Below are positions 48,496 through 58,382 of a stretch of 64,000 bases of DNA, one piece after another. A program made the translations under genes and the position numbers. The first letter of the stretch is position 1. Each line of letters begins with the position of its first letter. Under the pieces are notes generated by a model. It saw nothing but the letters and a program-made list of their open reading frames with translations, made no database searches and was not told the DNA's origin. Source of the DNA: Chitinophagales bacterium (lineage in GTDB: Bacteria; Bacteroidota; Bacteroidia; Chitinophagales; S012-47); contig WFPF01000021.1 in the NCBI GenBank assembly GCA_015487695.1, positions 2,658 through 66,657 of the forward strand, in the 5' to 3' direction.

Positions 48496-50421
48496 TTAAT
48501 GTTCTTGAATCTCTGTACTTAATATCAAATCTCCTTTATAAATTTCATTGACCACATCCATTCCTTCCACCACTTTCGCAAAAATGGTATAATTCGGATC
48601 GAGATGCGGCCGGGGAAGGTGCGTAATAAACCACTGTCCGGTTTCCGTATCCCGGCCGTCACTTGCAAAACCGACCATACCCGCTGCGTCAAAATGGAGA
48701 AATCCGGTTTCGGTACGAATGGGAGCCAGGTCGTCATTGTATCCGTCTCCAAACTGGCTTCCACCCTGAATTACATGGGGATAAACCACACGGTGCACCA
48801 CGCTGCTGTCATAGTATCCGCTCCGGCACAAATCCCAAAAACGCCAGACCGACATGGGTGCGGCTTCGGTGTACATCTTCATTTTCACATCTCCCTGCCT
48901 GCAATGAAAGAGGATAAAAAAGCTGTCGGGCAGGTCTGAAATTTCTTTCCAGTCGGGCCTGGCAGGCGGTGCCAGGTAATATTCCCGCTCGTCTGTTGCC
49001 AACCCTTTGATGGCTTTGATGGCATGCATAAAAGCATACTCCACTCTCGGCTTGAGGGCTTCCTGCAACAGTTCTTCCAGCCAATCACTTTCGTCAATCC
49101 ATTCGTACGCCCGGATATTGGTATCAGCCAGGAGCTCAGCCCCATAGACCATCAGCGGATCGCGCCCCGAACGAATCATAAAAACACTGTAGCCGGCCAC
49201 ATGCTGTCTGACACTGTCGGGCACCGGGTGCGTTTTGTAGTGGCTGCGCATGCCATCCAGTATTCGATAGGCAACCACGGGCTCCTGGTCCATGTAGGCG
49301 GCTCTGAGCAATTGCGGTGCATAGCGGTCAGCATATTTTGTAAGCAAAGCATAAAGGTCTGCCCGGGCTTGCGGGTTTTTAAAATTCCGGGCTGCCGCCA
49401 ACAAAGATTGACAAGAGGCATCCGAGGCGTTCTCGGATTGCAGCCAGCCCTTAAAAAGGTAGACCAGCAAGTGCTCATTTTGCTCTTTTTCCAGTCCTTC
49501 CCGGAAGAAGGGGCGGTCGCTTGAATCGGCCGTTACAGCCAGCCAGTTCATAATATTCAGCCGGATATGCAGGCTGCTGTCGGCCAGGTAATGACGGGCA
49601 ATATCTTTCAGAAATATGCCGGACGGGGTAAAACAAAGTTGCTCCAGACAACGGAAACGAAGAAGGTCATTGCGTGCCTCAGGGAGCAGGGCCAGCAGAA
49701 AATCGGACTTTCGCTTCAGCGGAAGCGCCTGGAGGGAAGTAAGGAGATAGCTTTTCGTTACCGGATCGTCACACTCATTGATCAGGGCCTTTATCTCCAT
49801 TTCATAGGGTATTACACTGCGATAATCAGCCGTTCGGGTGTCGCCCAGATAAAATGAAATAGCTCTTTTTGTTTTGGGGGATTTGCTCTTTGCAAATAGC
49901 TTGATGCTGCGTGAGATGGCATTGGCTGAAAAAACACCCAGGCGGTACATGCCATAGGCCCATCCCCTGATCTCTTCTTCGGTCTTAAGCTCCACGGCCG
50001 TCAGATATTTTAAATGTCTGACATCTCCGCACTTGCCATATGCTTCGAGCATGGCAGCACGGGCTTTCGGCTGCGTTTCCCGCTCGATACCTTCCTGCAA
50101 GGCCGGGAGGCTTTCCTTTCGGGCAAACTGGCCCAGCGAATAGGCAGCGCCCTGCCTCACAGCCCACGAGCTGTCGCGCAGCAGTGCTTCCAGTTTTTCT
50201 CTGATTTCGGGGGTATACATCGTATGAAAAAGAAAGGCCGCCCGCGAACGGTATTTCTCGTTTTCATGATTCAGAAAAGCAGCCAGGGCCAGGGTGTCGC
50301 GTGTGAGTGCCGCATCGTAAACAGAGCGTAGGGTTTCGTCCTGCTTAAATATATTGCCCGGCTTCTCGCTGCAGCCCCAGAGTGAAGAGATCAGCACGAT
50401 GAACCATAATATCTTCCTCAT
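48496..50421 (-). CDS. HEAT-repeat lipoprotein with C-terminal cyclophilin-type PPIase
   Basis: Lipobox LWGC; HEAT repeats (L.D....VR..AA..LG); HRVV....IQGG, QWFITH...PHLD..YTIF.KV..GMDVV. Confidence 0.88.
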   Translation of the reverse strand: MRKILWFIVLISSLWGCSEKPGNIFKQDETLRSVYDAALTRDTLALAAFLNHENEKYRSRAAFLFHTMYTPEIREKLEALLRDSSWAVRQGAAYSLGQFARKESLPALQEGIERETQPKARAAMLEAYGKCGDVRHLKYLTAVELKTEEEIRGWAYGMYRLGVFSANAISRSIKLFAKSKSPKTKRAISFYLGDTRTADYRSVIPYEMEIKALINECDDPVTKSYLLTSLQALPLKRKSDFLLALLPEARNDLLRFRCLEQLCFTPSGIFLKDIARHYLADSSLHIRLNIMNWLAVTADSSDRPFFREGLEKEQNEHLLVYLFKGWLQSENASDASCQSLLAAARNFKNPQARADLYALLTKYADRYAPQLLRAAYMDQEPVVAYRILDGMRSHYKTHPVPDSVRQHVAGYSVFMIRSGRDPLMVYGAELLADTNIRAYEWIDESDWLEELLQEALKPRVEYAFMHAIKAIKGLATDEREYYLAPPARPDWKEISDLPDSFFILFHCRQGDVKMKMYTEAAPMSVWRFWDLCRSGYYDSSVVHRVVYPHVIQGGSQFGDGYNDDLAPIRTETGFLHFDAAGMVGFASDGRDTETGQWFITHLPRPHLDPNYTIFAKVVEGMDVVNEIYKGDLILSTEIQEH

Positions 50422-50523
50422 ATTAACGGCAATTTAGTGGATTTTTCAGCAAGTCTGAGAAACAATCAAAACGGACAGATGACAGATCCGGAATCTTTGC
50501 ATTGCAAAGCGGACCCTCATCTT

Positions 50524-51846
50524 CTATCTGCAAATTTCCGAATCCCGTTTCTTTTTTCTTTGCTGCCTTCCCGGCCTTTTATACACCCTCAGGATAAGAC
50601 GGTTGGCGTGGTCATAGGTGAAATAACTCCACGCCCAGTTGATGAAAACCACGGCTCTGTTTCTAAATCCGATGAGCTGCATGATGTGAATAAACATCCA
50701 GATAAACCAGGCAAAGAAGCCCCCGAAAGTGCTATTAAAAATATCAGCCACGGCTTTGTTTCTGCCGATCGTGGCCATGGCGCCTTTGTTTACATATTTA
50801 AAAGGCCGGGGACTTTTGCCCTGTGCCAGCATATTCAGTGTGCGGGCCAGGTGAACGCCCTGCTGCATAGCCACCGGAGCGACCATCGGCAGACCGTGAG
50901 GGTAGCCCTCATGCACCTGCAGCGCCACATCGCCAATGGCAAATATGTTTTCAAATCCCTTAACCCGGTTGTATTCATCCACCTCAATGCGATTGCCACG
51001 GGCTATCAGCTCCTGCGGCAGCCCTTTGACAATGGCTCCTTTGACACCGGCTGTCCAGATAAAGTTCTCGGTTGCTATTTTGGCTCCGTTGCTGCTGCAT
51101 GCCAGCTTTCCGTCATAGTCGGTAATCGCTTCTTTGAGTCTGATATTTACACCCATTTTCTGAAGGTAACGGGCTGCCTTTTCAGAAGCTTCGCTGCTCA
51201 TGGTGGCCAATACCCGCTCCGACATTTCGAAGAGGTATATTTCCATTTCTTTAAAATTCAATTCCGGATAATCTTCGGGCAACACCCACTTCCGCATCTC
51301 GGCAATGGCACCGGCCAACTCCACACCTGAAGGTCCGGCCCCAACGATCACCACATTCATCAGGGCTTCCTTTTCGCTCTCTCGGGTACAGAGCAGGGCC
51401 CTTTCAAAATTTTGCAGAAGCAAGCTGCGAATATCGAGCGATTCGAGCAGGCTTTTCAGGGTCAGCATCTGGTCTTTTCGCGATTCCAGCCCAAAGAAAT
51501 TATTGGTGCTTCCGGTGGCTATTACGAGGTAGTCGTACTCCAGACTACCGATCGAACTGTAAATTTTGTTTTGTCGATGATCGATACAATCCACTTCCCC
51601 CATCCGGAAATAAAAATGAGTTCTGTGCTGAAAGATTTTGCGCAGCGGGAATGCGATTGAGTCAGGCTCCAGGCCGCCCGTAGCCACCTGGTAGAAGAGC
51701 GGTTGAAAGGTGTGGTAATTGTTCTTGTCGAAAAGAACTACCTGAAAATTCTTACGCAGCAGTGCCCCGGTCAGTTTAATCCCACCAAAGCCACCTCCAA
51801 TGATTACTACACGTTTTTGTCCGGGTTCGGGTGCGGGTATGGGCAT
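50524..51846 (-). CDS. ndh: Type II NADH:quinone oxidoreductase
   Basis: GGGFGG, FQPL.YQVATG, GAGPSGVELAG, W.AGV, FAIGD, A.QQG, KG.MATIG. Confidence 0.92.
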   Translation of the reverse strand: MPIPAPEPGQKRVVIIGGGFGGIKLTGALLRKNFQVVLFDKNNYHTFQPLFYQVATGGLEPDSIAFPLRKIFQHRTHFYFRMGEVDCIDHRQNKIYSSIGSLEYDYLVIATGSTNNFFGLESRKDQMLTLKSLLESLDIRSLLLQNFERALLCTRESEKEALMNVVIVGAGPSGVELAGAIAEMRKWVLPEDYPELNFKEMEIYLFEMSERVLATMSSEASEKAARYLQKMGVNIRLKEAITDYDGKLACSSNGAKIATENFIWTAGVKGAIVKGLPQELIARGNRIEVDEYNRVKGFENIFAIGDVALQVHEGYPHGLPMVAPVAMQQGVHLARTLNMLAQGKSPRPFKYVNKGAMATIGRNKAVADIFNSTFGGFFAWFIWMFIHIMQLIGFRNRAVVFINWAWSYFTYDHANRLILRVYKRPGRQQRKKKRDSEICR

Positions 51847-51873
51847 GATGCTGATCCCTTTGTTTTCTCCAAT

Positions 51874-52920
51874 TTAGAAAATTCTCACCGGCACCCCGAA
51901 CATGATCAGAAACATCTGAATAAGCAAGCCGAGAAGGAAGAGTCCGCCAAAGGTCCGGTTTTGAAGAAAAGCATAGGATGAAAACCAAAGCGGCCACACA
52001 TCTTCGGGATAGTCTGCCGGTCGCTCTTTGGGCTTGTCTTTCCCAAAGAGGGGCAGTATATTTTTGAAGAAACTGGGCAGGGCAAAGAGGGTAATAAGCA
52101 TCGGCCAGCCAAAGAAGCCTTTGATGACCATGGCTATGACCAGAATAAATTGCAATGCTATCATTCCAATTACTGCATATCGTGCGGCTTTTTCGCCCAG
52201 CAATACCGGCATGGTACGAACCCCTTTCGGCTTGTCCCAGGGAATCTTGTCAATGTGTTTTCCGAAAAGAACGGCTGTCGGGCCGAGGGCGTAAGGCAGC
52301 GAAGCAATGGCCACATCCCAGCTCCACTGACCCGTGATGGCGAGATAACCTCCACCGATCATCAGCGGGCCCCATACCAAAATCACCGTAGGCTCTCCGA
52401 GTCCGAGCCATTTCAGGGGCCAGTTGTATGCAAAGAGGAGTACAAATCCGACAAGGAAAAAGGGCAATACCGAAAGGCCTGCCTGCCAGGTGAGATAGAT
52501 ACCTGCCAGCACCGCCAGGATACCTGTCAGCAAAGCCATTTTTACAGATTGCCGCTGCGTAATCAGTCCGTCTTCTACAGGCTGGGTGCCGTAGAGGGTA
52601 CGAAAGGCATTCCCTTTGTCAACGCCTTTGCGATGATCGCTCAGGTCGTTTAATATATTGTTGGTAGCGTGGGCCATGGCCAGGCCAAAACAAAGAATGA
52701 GAAAACGGGGCCAGTCGAACATGCCGTCAAAGGCAGCAAATATCCCGGCAATTATGGCAGAAAAAAGAGTCATCAAAATAACGGCCGCACGGGTAGATAT
52801 CAGCCAGCGCGAAAAACTGTCGAGTGCGTCCCATTCGCTTTTTGATTTGACCCGGGGTATCCCTATCATGGCCTGTTTCCACATTTCCCAATTTGGATGC
52901 AATAAGTTGTACTTTTTCAT
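51874..52920 (-). CDS. UbiA/MenA-family prenyltransferase
   Basis: N..ND..D...GVD, Y...P..K..GLGE, H.D....D...G.RT..V.LG; multi-TM; start at MKKYNLL. Confidence 0.85.
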   Translation of the reverse strand: MKKYNLLHPNWEMWKQAMIGIPRVKSKSEWDALDSFSRWLISTRAAVILMTLFSAIIAGIFAAFDGMFDWPRFLILCFGLAMAHATNNILNDLSDHRKGVDKGNAFRTLYGTQPVEDGLITQRQSVKMALLTGILAVLAGIYLTWQAGLSVLPFFLVGFVLLFAYNWPLKWLGLGEPTVILVWGPLMIGGGYLAITGQWSWDVAIASLPYALGPTAVLFGKHIDKIPWDKPKGVRTMPVLLGEKAARYAVIGMIALQFILVIAMVIKGFFGWPMLITLFALPSFFKNILPLFGKDKPKERPADYPEDVWPLWFSSYAFLQNRTFGGLFLLGLLIQMFLIMFGVPVRIF

Positions 52921-53072
52921 ATCCTGATTTCTTTTCTCCTGCGAATTTACTTCTATTATTTCAATGCCTGTCATCACCTCCTGAGATTTTAACCCTGTCA
53001 CTTTCCTCTATGCAATTCATGCCTTTCTGCCTTATCTTTGTGTTGAAATTTGTTCTTTCAATTTTTGCCCAA

Positions 53073-53156
53073 ACACACCGGGGTGTCTGCCAATGGCAGG
53101 CTGAGATGATACCCGTAGAACCTGATGCAGTTCATACTGCCGTAGGAAAGTGTGAC
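53073..53156 (+). ncRNA. TPP riboswitch
   Basis: CACAC-CGGGGTG-(TCTGCC AAT GGCAGG)-CTGAGA..ATACCCGTAGAACCTGATGCAGTTCATACTGCCGTAGGAAA-GTGTG; upstream -7 box TATCTTTG at 53033-53040. Confidence 0.95.
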
Positions 53157-53227
53157 CCACACCCTTCTGCGCTTTATTCTCTCTCCGGAGTGTTTGCGGA
53201 TTTCGATCATCTGTAAAAACCGGAATT

Positions 53228-55531
53228 ATGAAAAAGGCGCTTTTTCTATTTGTTCTTATTTTATCCGCATGGATACCTCTTTCGGCTCAGTCGCTGAGCG
53301 GTTATGTGTACAGCCGAAGCGAAAACACTCCGCTGCCCGGAGCAGAGGTGCTTGTGAAAGAAACGAACACGGGAAGTACTTGCGACCCGAAGGGCTATTT
53401 TGATATAAAACTGAAGCCCGGAGAATATACTTTGCGTGTGAGCTACACGGGCTACCGGACATCGCTGCGAAAGATTCGCCTGAAGGCCGGAGAGCATTTG
53501 TCGCTTCGTTTTTACCTTGATGCTGAATCGCAGCTTCTGGAGTCGGTGACTGTTGAGGCTGTGAGGGCGGCAGAAGACGCTCCGATTGCACAGCGCACCC
53601 TCGGCAAAAAAGAAATTGAAAAAATATTCAGGGGCGAGGATGCACAATTTTTACTGCAGGAACTGAGTCCTTCAATTACGTCACATTCCGAGGCCGGCAC
53701 GGCTTTCTCAAATTACGGAGCTATGCGGCTGAGGGGCATTGACCAGACCCGTATCAATATCACCCTCAACGGAGCTCCGCTTAACGACATGCTCGATCAG
53801 GGCGTGTTTTTCTCCAATTTCACCGACTTTGCCAACAGCATACAGTCGGTTCAAATCCAGCGGGGAGTAGGATTCAGTTCGAACGGAACGGCCTCCTATG
53901 CCGGTTCTGTCAATTTCGAATCCGAAAACATTTTTACAGACAGAGCCCGTGCAGAGGTGCAAGTCAATGCAGCTTCTTTTGGCACCATGCGCGGAAGTGC
54001 CGAGATTTTCAGTGGCCCACTGAATGAAAAGTTTGCTTTTTACGGACGGATGAGCAGTTTCCAGACGGAAGGCTATCGCTACCACAGCGGCAGCGAGTCA
54101 TGGTCCATGTTTTTCAGTGCCGGATACCGGGGAGAAAAAGACTTGTTGAAAATAACCGCCTTCAATGGCCGCAGCCGCAATGAACTGGCCTACTTCCCGG
54201 TCCCGCTTCCACTGATTCAGAATGACCCGCGCAGCAATATCAACTTTGAACAGGATCGCGATCAATTCGGACAGAATTTCCTTCAAATCCAGTACAGCCG
54301 CTCGGTATCGAGCAGCACAAGCTATCACGGCTCCCTTTATTACGGTGGAGCGGGCGGTGATTTCCCTTTCGGATATGGCGACAGCCTGGGAAATTTTGCC
54401 GGTCAGATTAATTACCCGCTTCAAAACAGACATTACGGGTTTTTCGGCACCCTCCACCATGAGAAAGAAAAAATCCAAATAAAAAGTGGAGTGCATGCTT
54501 ATCTTTTTAAGCGCAAAAACTGGGAAACGCTTCTGCCCGACAATGTGAATACGATTTATAATGACCGTTCGCAGAAGAGCGAGATAAGTGCTTTTGTCAA
54601 TGCCCGCTATATCTTGAGCAAACGTTTTTCGCTTTTTGGCGATGTACAGCTGCGAGAAAGCACAATGAAGTTTGAAGCAGACCCGCGCATCCTCCCGGCC
54701 ACCGTTAACATTCCGCCTTATCAATATTTCTTTATCAACCCGAAAGCGGGGATGAACTATAAATTTGGTAAAAACACCCTTGCCTATTTCTCTTTCGGAA
54801 GAACAGGAAGGGAGCCCACTAAATTTGACATTTTCGGTGGTAGCACGCGGCTTGACAGCAGCAACCTGGCTGCCGTACAAAAGCAGAATTTGATTCTGCC
54901 CGAATATGTAAACGACTTCGAAGCAGGATTCCGCTACCGCAGAGAAAGGCTGAAGTTGAATGTCAATTTCTTCTGGATGGACTTTCGCAATAAAATTGAG
55001 CCCATTGGCGAACGCCTGATCTGGGTTCAGCTCCGAAAGAATGTGCCCCGCAGTTATCGCAGGGGGATTGAGGCAGAAGGAAGCTGGAAGAGCCCGGGCG
55101 GATTTTATAGCGATGGATTCATTTCCCTGATGGATGCCCGCATTAAAGCATATGATCCGGACAATGACGACCTCGACCTGGTCTATCACAATGTAAGGCC
55201 TGCACTTACTCCGCCCCTGCTCTTGCAATTGCGGGCAGGAAGAAAATTCCTTCGTCAATTTGATTTCTCCCTGGCCGGCCGTTACACAGCCGCAATGTAT
55301 ATCGAACCGACAAACCGGGCAGATTGGACCGTCCCGGCTTCATTCGTTTTGAATGCCCGGCTGCTTTACAGTCCTTCCGAAAGGGTCGAGGTCAGCATAC
55401 AGGCACGCAACCTGTTAAATGCGCTATACTACAATTACGGTGAGATTGCCTATTACGAAGGGAATATGCTACCGGCATATTTTGTAGAAGCTCCGAGAAA
55501 TTTCAATATTTTGCTTCGTTTCGCTTTTTAA
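53228..55531 (+). CDS. TonB-dependent receptor, probable thiamine (or precursor) uptake
   Basis: CarboxypepD_reg-like N-domain, plug (LRG.DQTRIN.T.NG.PLND, IQRG.G.S.NG), C-terminal F; downstream of the TPP riboswitch. Confidence 0.92.
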   Translation: MKKALFLFVLILSAWIPLSAQSLSGYVYSRSENTPLPGAEVLVKETNTGSTCDPKGYFDIKLKPGEYTLRVSYTGYRTSLRKIRLKAGEHLSLRFYLDAESQLLESVTVEAVRAAEDAPIAQRTLGKKEIEKIFRGEDAQFLLQELSPSITSHSEAGTAFSNYGAMRLRGIDQTRINITLNGAPLNDMLDQGVFFSNFTDFANSIQSVQIQRGVGFSSNGTASYAGSVNFESENIFTDRARAEVQVNAASFGTMRGSAEIFSGPLNEKFAFYGRMSSFQTEGYRYHSGSESWSMFFSAGYRGEKDLLKITAFNGRSRNELAYFPVPLPLIQNDPRSNINFEQDRDQFGQNFLQIQYSRSVSSSTSYHGSLYYGGAGGDFPFGYGDSLGNFAGQINYPLQNRHYGFFGTLHHEKEKIQIKSGVHAYLFKRKNWETLLPDNVNTIYNDRSQKSEISAFVNARYILSKRFSLFGDVQLRESTMKFEADPRILPATVNIPPYQYFFINPKAGMNYKFGKNTLAYFSFGRTGREPTKFDIFGGSTRLDSSNLAAVQKQNLILPEYVNDFEAGFRYRRERLKLNVNFFWMDFRNKIEPIGERLIWVQLRKNVPRSYRRGIEAEGSWKSPGGFYSDGFISLMDARIKAYDPDNDDLDLVYHNVRPALTPPLLLQLRAGRKFLRQFDFSLAGRYTAAMYIEPTNRADWTVPASFVLNARLLYSPSERVEVSIQARNLLNALYYNYGEIAYYEGNMLPAYFVEAPRNFNILLRFAF

Positions 55532-57477
55532 TAAGCGCTCAGGAATATTTTGGCGTATTCGCGGCTGCCGTTGGCATGCTGAAGTACAAGCAGATACAAT
55601 GCCGGCCCGGGCAGGTAACCCATATTGAGGCGGATGGTATTGCTTCCTTTGATCACATCTTCGCAATGACGCGAGAGAATCCAGCGGCCACTGTCATCGT
55701 AGAGGCTGATATCCACCGCTTCGCCCTGCATACCGGAGAAGCGAAGCGACACCTGGTCGCGAACCGGGACCGGAAACACGAAAAGACCGCTACCGGTCTT
55801 GTCTTCCAAACGTACACTTTCAATAGATGACCGGTCTATAATCCGGCCGTCCGAAAGCTCCAAGATTCGGTAGTACAACTCTTTCTCCGACTCCGGATAC
55901 TGGCGGTCATAAAACTCCAAAAAGCCTTTCTTTGCGATTTCGCCACCCACGGTGTCAATGTTTTCAAACGCTTTAAAGTATCCCGCTTTTCGCTGGATGA
56001 CATATTCGTATGCAGGATTCGGATCGGTCACACTCCATTTGAGATAAATCCCTTTGTTTTCCGTGTATTTCACGATGAATTCCTTGATGGGAAGCAACGC
56101 TACCGGATCGCGATAGAAGCTTGAAATAGTTTGAAAATTGGTGGCATTGCAGTTATCCGATACCAGCACGGTCAAAACAATTACAGTGGAATCGGCCAGG
56201 CCTGAGTCTGGTGTGAATACCACGATGCTGTCGTAGGGGTTGGAAAATGTGCCGGGTACATTGGCCGACCAGGAAAAAGTAACATTTCCCTGTGAAGAGG
56301 CGACCGAAACACCAAAAGTATCGCCCGACATGGTAATGATGGGAGAAGAATTGATAACGGACACTTCGAGGGATTTTTCGTGCCCTGTGAGAAGAAGGAA
56401 ATTGAAAAAGGCACGTTGAGCGGCAATCTGATCGCTGAGCGGACCTTTGGTATTGTCATGCCCGGCCTGATACATGACCCTTCCATAGCTTGTATCGTCA
56501 AATGCGTAGCCGTAAATCATACGCACGCCCTGTTGTGATCCGGTATCATCGCTGGTCACCATCAGTTTTTTCGCTCCGCTGTTCCAGCCTCCCGTGCTGA
56601 GTGGCTTGTACCATTGTTCCGATCCGTTGTTCATGGCTCCGTCAGCCGTGCCCAGAAACTGCATGACCGGGTCGTCTCCGATTCCGGGTGCAAACCCTAG
56701 CGGGGTGCTTGGATTCTTGTTGTGCGATTCGCTAACCCATCCACATTTTGAGGTTTTATAGCATTGCAAACCATCCTGTGAAAGATAATTGTATTGCTGA
56801 GGAGGTGTCGATGTATCCTTTATCGACTCAAGCACAGACACGGCATGGCATGAAGCCCAGAGATAGCCTCCTCCAATGATAAAATCATACAATTCTTTAT
56901 GAGTAGACCAGGTAGGATCTGCATGGGGCATGACATATACCCCGTCACAGGGTGTGAGATCCTTGGGCAAACCCATGCGGTAGGAGCTGGAGGGAATGCC
57001 GGCATTGGTATAAAACGGCACCACTTTCGACCCGTTGTCCAGGTCCAAAACCGTGGTGGGAAAAGAGGTAATCGTGAAATAAACAGGAAGAGAAATGGCT
57101 GAAACGGTCGTATCAATAAGTACACCCATGGTGTTCTGCCAGTAATTTACCACAGAGTCCACCTCGGGCGTGATGAACGTTTCGGGAATAATAAACGGGC
57201 CTGCCCGGTAATCCCGTCCATTGTGGGTAAAATCCACGCTGTCTTTTTCTTTGCCCGGTTTGATAATCCATTTGACCGATACATTGAAATTTTCAACGAG
57301 ATCGTAAATCAATCCATAAGGTTTCAGGTGGGTGGCAATGCTCGGGTTGGGATCTCCCATATCGATGATGTAGCTTCCGCTGGGTATGGTCTCATACTGG
57401 CCCTTCGCGGTGATCCCCGAAAAGAGCAAAATCAGAGCCAAAAAGGCAAGGCGTATGAGGGGCGGCCTGAAAGCCAT
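55528..57477 (-). CDS. Secreted T9SS type-A CTD protein
   Basis: Signal peptide; C-terminal VFP.P......LYD..GR...Y.L.L......K; LP...F...W...Y.I.R...YYR pre-CTD domain; start 57477 (ATG) or 57492 (TTG). Confidence 0.85.
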   Translation of the reverse strand: MAFRPPLIRLAFLALILLFSGITAKGQYETIPSGSYIIDMGDPNPSIATHLKPYGLIYDLVENFNVSVKWIIKPGKEKDSVDFTHNGRDYRAGPFIIPETFITPEVDSVVNYWQNTMGVLIDTTVSAISLPVYFTITSFPTTVLDLDNGSKVVPFYTNAGIPSSSYRMGLPKDLTPCDGVYVMPHADPTWSTHKELYDFIIGGGYLWASCHAVSVLESIKDTSTPPQQYNYLSQDGLQCYKTSKCGWVSESHNKNPSTPLGFAPGIGDDPVMQFLGTADGAMNNGSEQWYKPLSTGGWNSGAKKLMVTSDDTGSQQGVRMIYGYAFDDTSYGRVMYQAGHDNTKGPLSDQIAAQRAFFNFLLLTGHEKSLEVSVINSSPIITMSGDTFGVSVASSQGNVTFSWSANVPGTFSNPYDSIVVFTPDSGLADSTVIVLTVLVSDNCNATNFQTISSFYRDPVALLPIKEFIVKYTENKGIYLKWSVTDPNPAYEYVIQRKAGYFKAFENIDTVGGEIAKKGFLEFYDRQYPESEKELYYRILELSDGRIIDRSSIESVRLEDKTGSGLFVFPVPVRDQVSLRFSGMQGEAVDISLYDDSGRWILSRHCEDVIKGSNTIRLNMGYLPGPALYLLVLQHANGSREYAKIFLSAY

Positions 57478-57702
57478 GAAGAAGTTTTTCAAGCTTTATT
57501 TACGCCTTCGCCAACAGATGGTTTCGTATTTTAATATTTATAATTTGTCAGTAATGGTAAGGGTTACAGCATTTTTTTTCATTAAAAAAACATGGGAAAA
57601 CTCTATAGCCGTGTATTCTCAACACACACAGCCGATTTTCAACCATTTAAAAGGGGTTGATTTGATGCCTTTTCTAAGAGAAAAAAGTTGAAAAAAAATC
57701 AT

Positions 57703-57742
57703 AAGAAAGCCCCGGACAATAAAAAATTGCCGGGGCTTTCTT
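57703..57742 (-). terminator. Terminator hairpin downstream of the Cus-like operon
   Basis: AAGAAAGCCCCGG...CCGGGGCTTTCTT perfect 13-bp inverted repeat 16 nt after the stop. Confidence 0.85.
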
Positions 57743-57758
57743 CCAAATGATACTGTTT

Positions 57759-58346
57759 CTACTTCTCAGCAATCACCTCTTTCACGCTTCCGCAATGAAG
57801 CATTTTGTCACCGAAATATGGATTGAATATTTCCTCATTTTCACTCAGCCAGTAAGCACCTTCATGGTCCATGGCCATGGGGCAATACTGTTTGTAAAGC
57901 GTCATACCCATATCGTGATTTCTGGCAAGATTCGCGACCGGGTCGGAAAGGCCGGCAAAAAGACTTCGTTGCGCGGCTATGTCTCCGCTGTTTGCTATTT
58001 TTTCGATGCGTGACCGAAAATCTGCAAATGCTTCTCCACCTTCAATGCCTTTTGTTTCTTCCAGCATTTCTTTTGCGGCTGCCGATGCGGCTGTCGCATC
58101 TGTTCCTACCAGTGCTTTCTTGATCTTCAAATAGGCATTCACTATTGTTTTTGCCTCATCATCACTGACATTCATGCTGCTTTCTTCGTGCTGCTCTCCG
58201 GCACTGTGCATATGCGCATCTTCTCCCTCTGTTGCATGAGTTTCCTGAGTTTCACCTGATTCATTGGCACTGCACGAGGATGCGATGAACGTAAAGCTGA
58301 ACATGGCCACTGCGACCACCATTAAATTCCAATTAAACTTTCTCAT
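57759..58346 (-). CDS. DUF3347 metal-binding lipoprotein
   Basis: Lipobox ASSC, His-rich linker, YL.IK.ALV..D, QR..F..LS, CPMA....GA.WLS....I.NPYFG..ML.CG. Confidence 0.88.
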   Translation of the reverse strand: MRKFNWNLMVVAVAMFSFTFIASSCSANESGETQETHATEGEDAHMHSAGEQHEESSMNVSDDEAKTIVNAYLKIKKALVGTDATAASAAAKEMLEETKGIEGGEAFADFRSRIEKIANSGDIAAQRSLFAGLSDPVANLARNHDMGMTLYKQYCPMAMDHEGAYWLSENEEIFNPYFGDKMLHCGSVKEVIAEK

Positions 58347-58382
58347 TTTTTAAAACTTTTAAATGATTACAAAATATAAAAT

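Noticed and set aside
54098-55258. 386-aa minus-strand ORF
   Set aside because: Antisense to the well-supported TonB receptor and has no motifs
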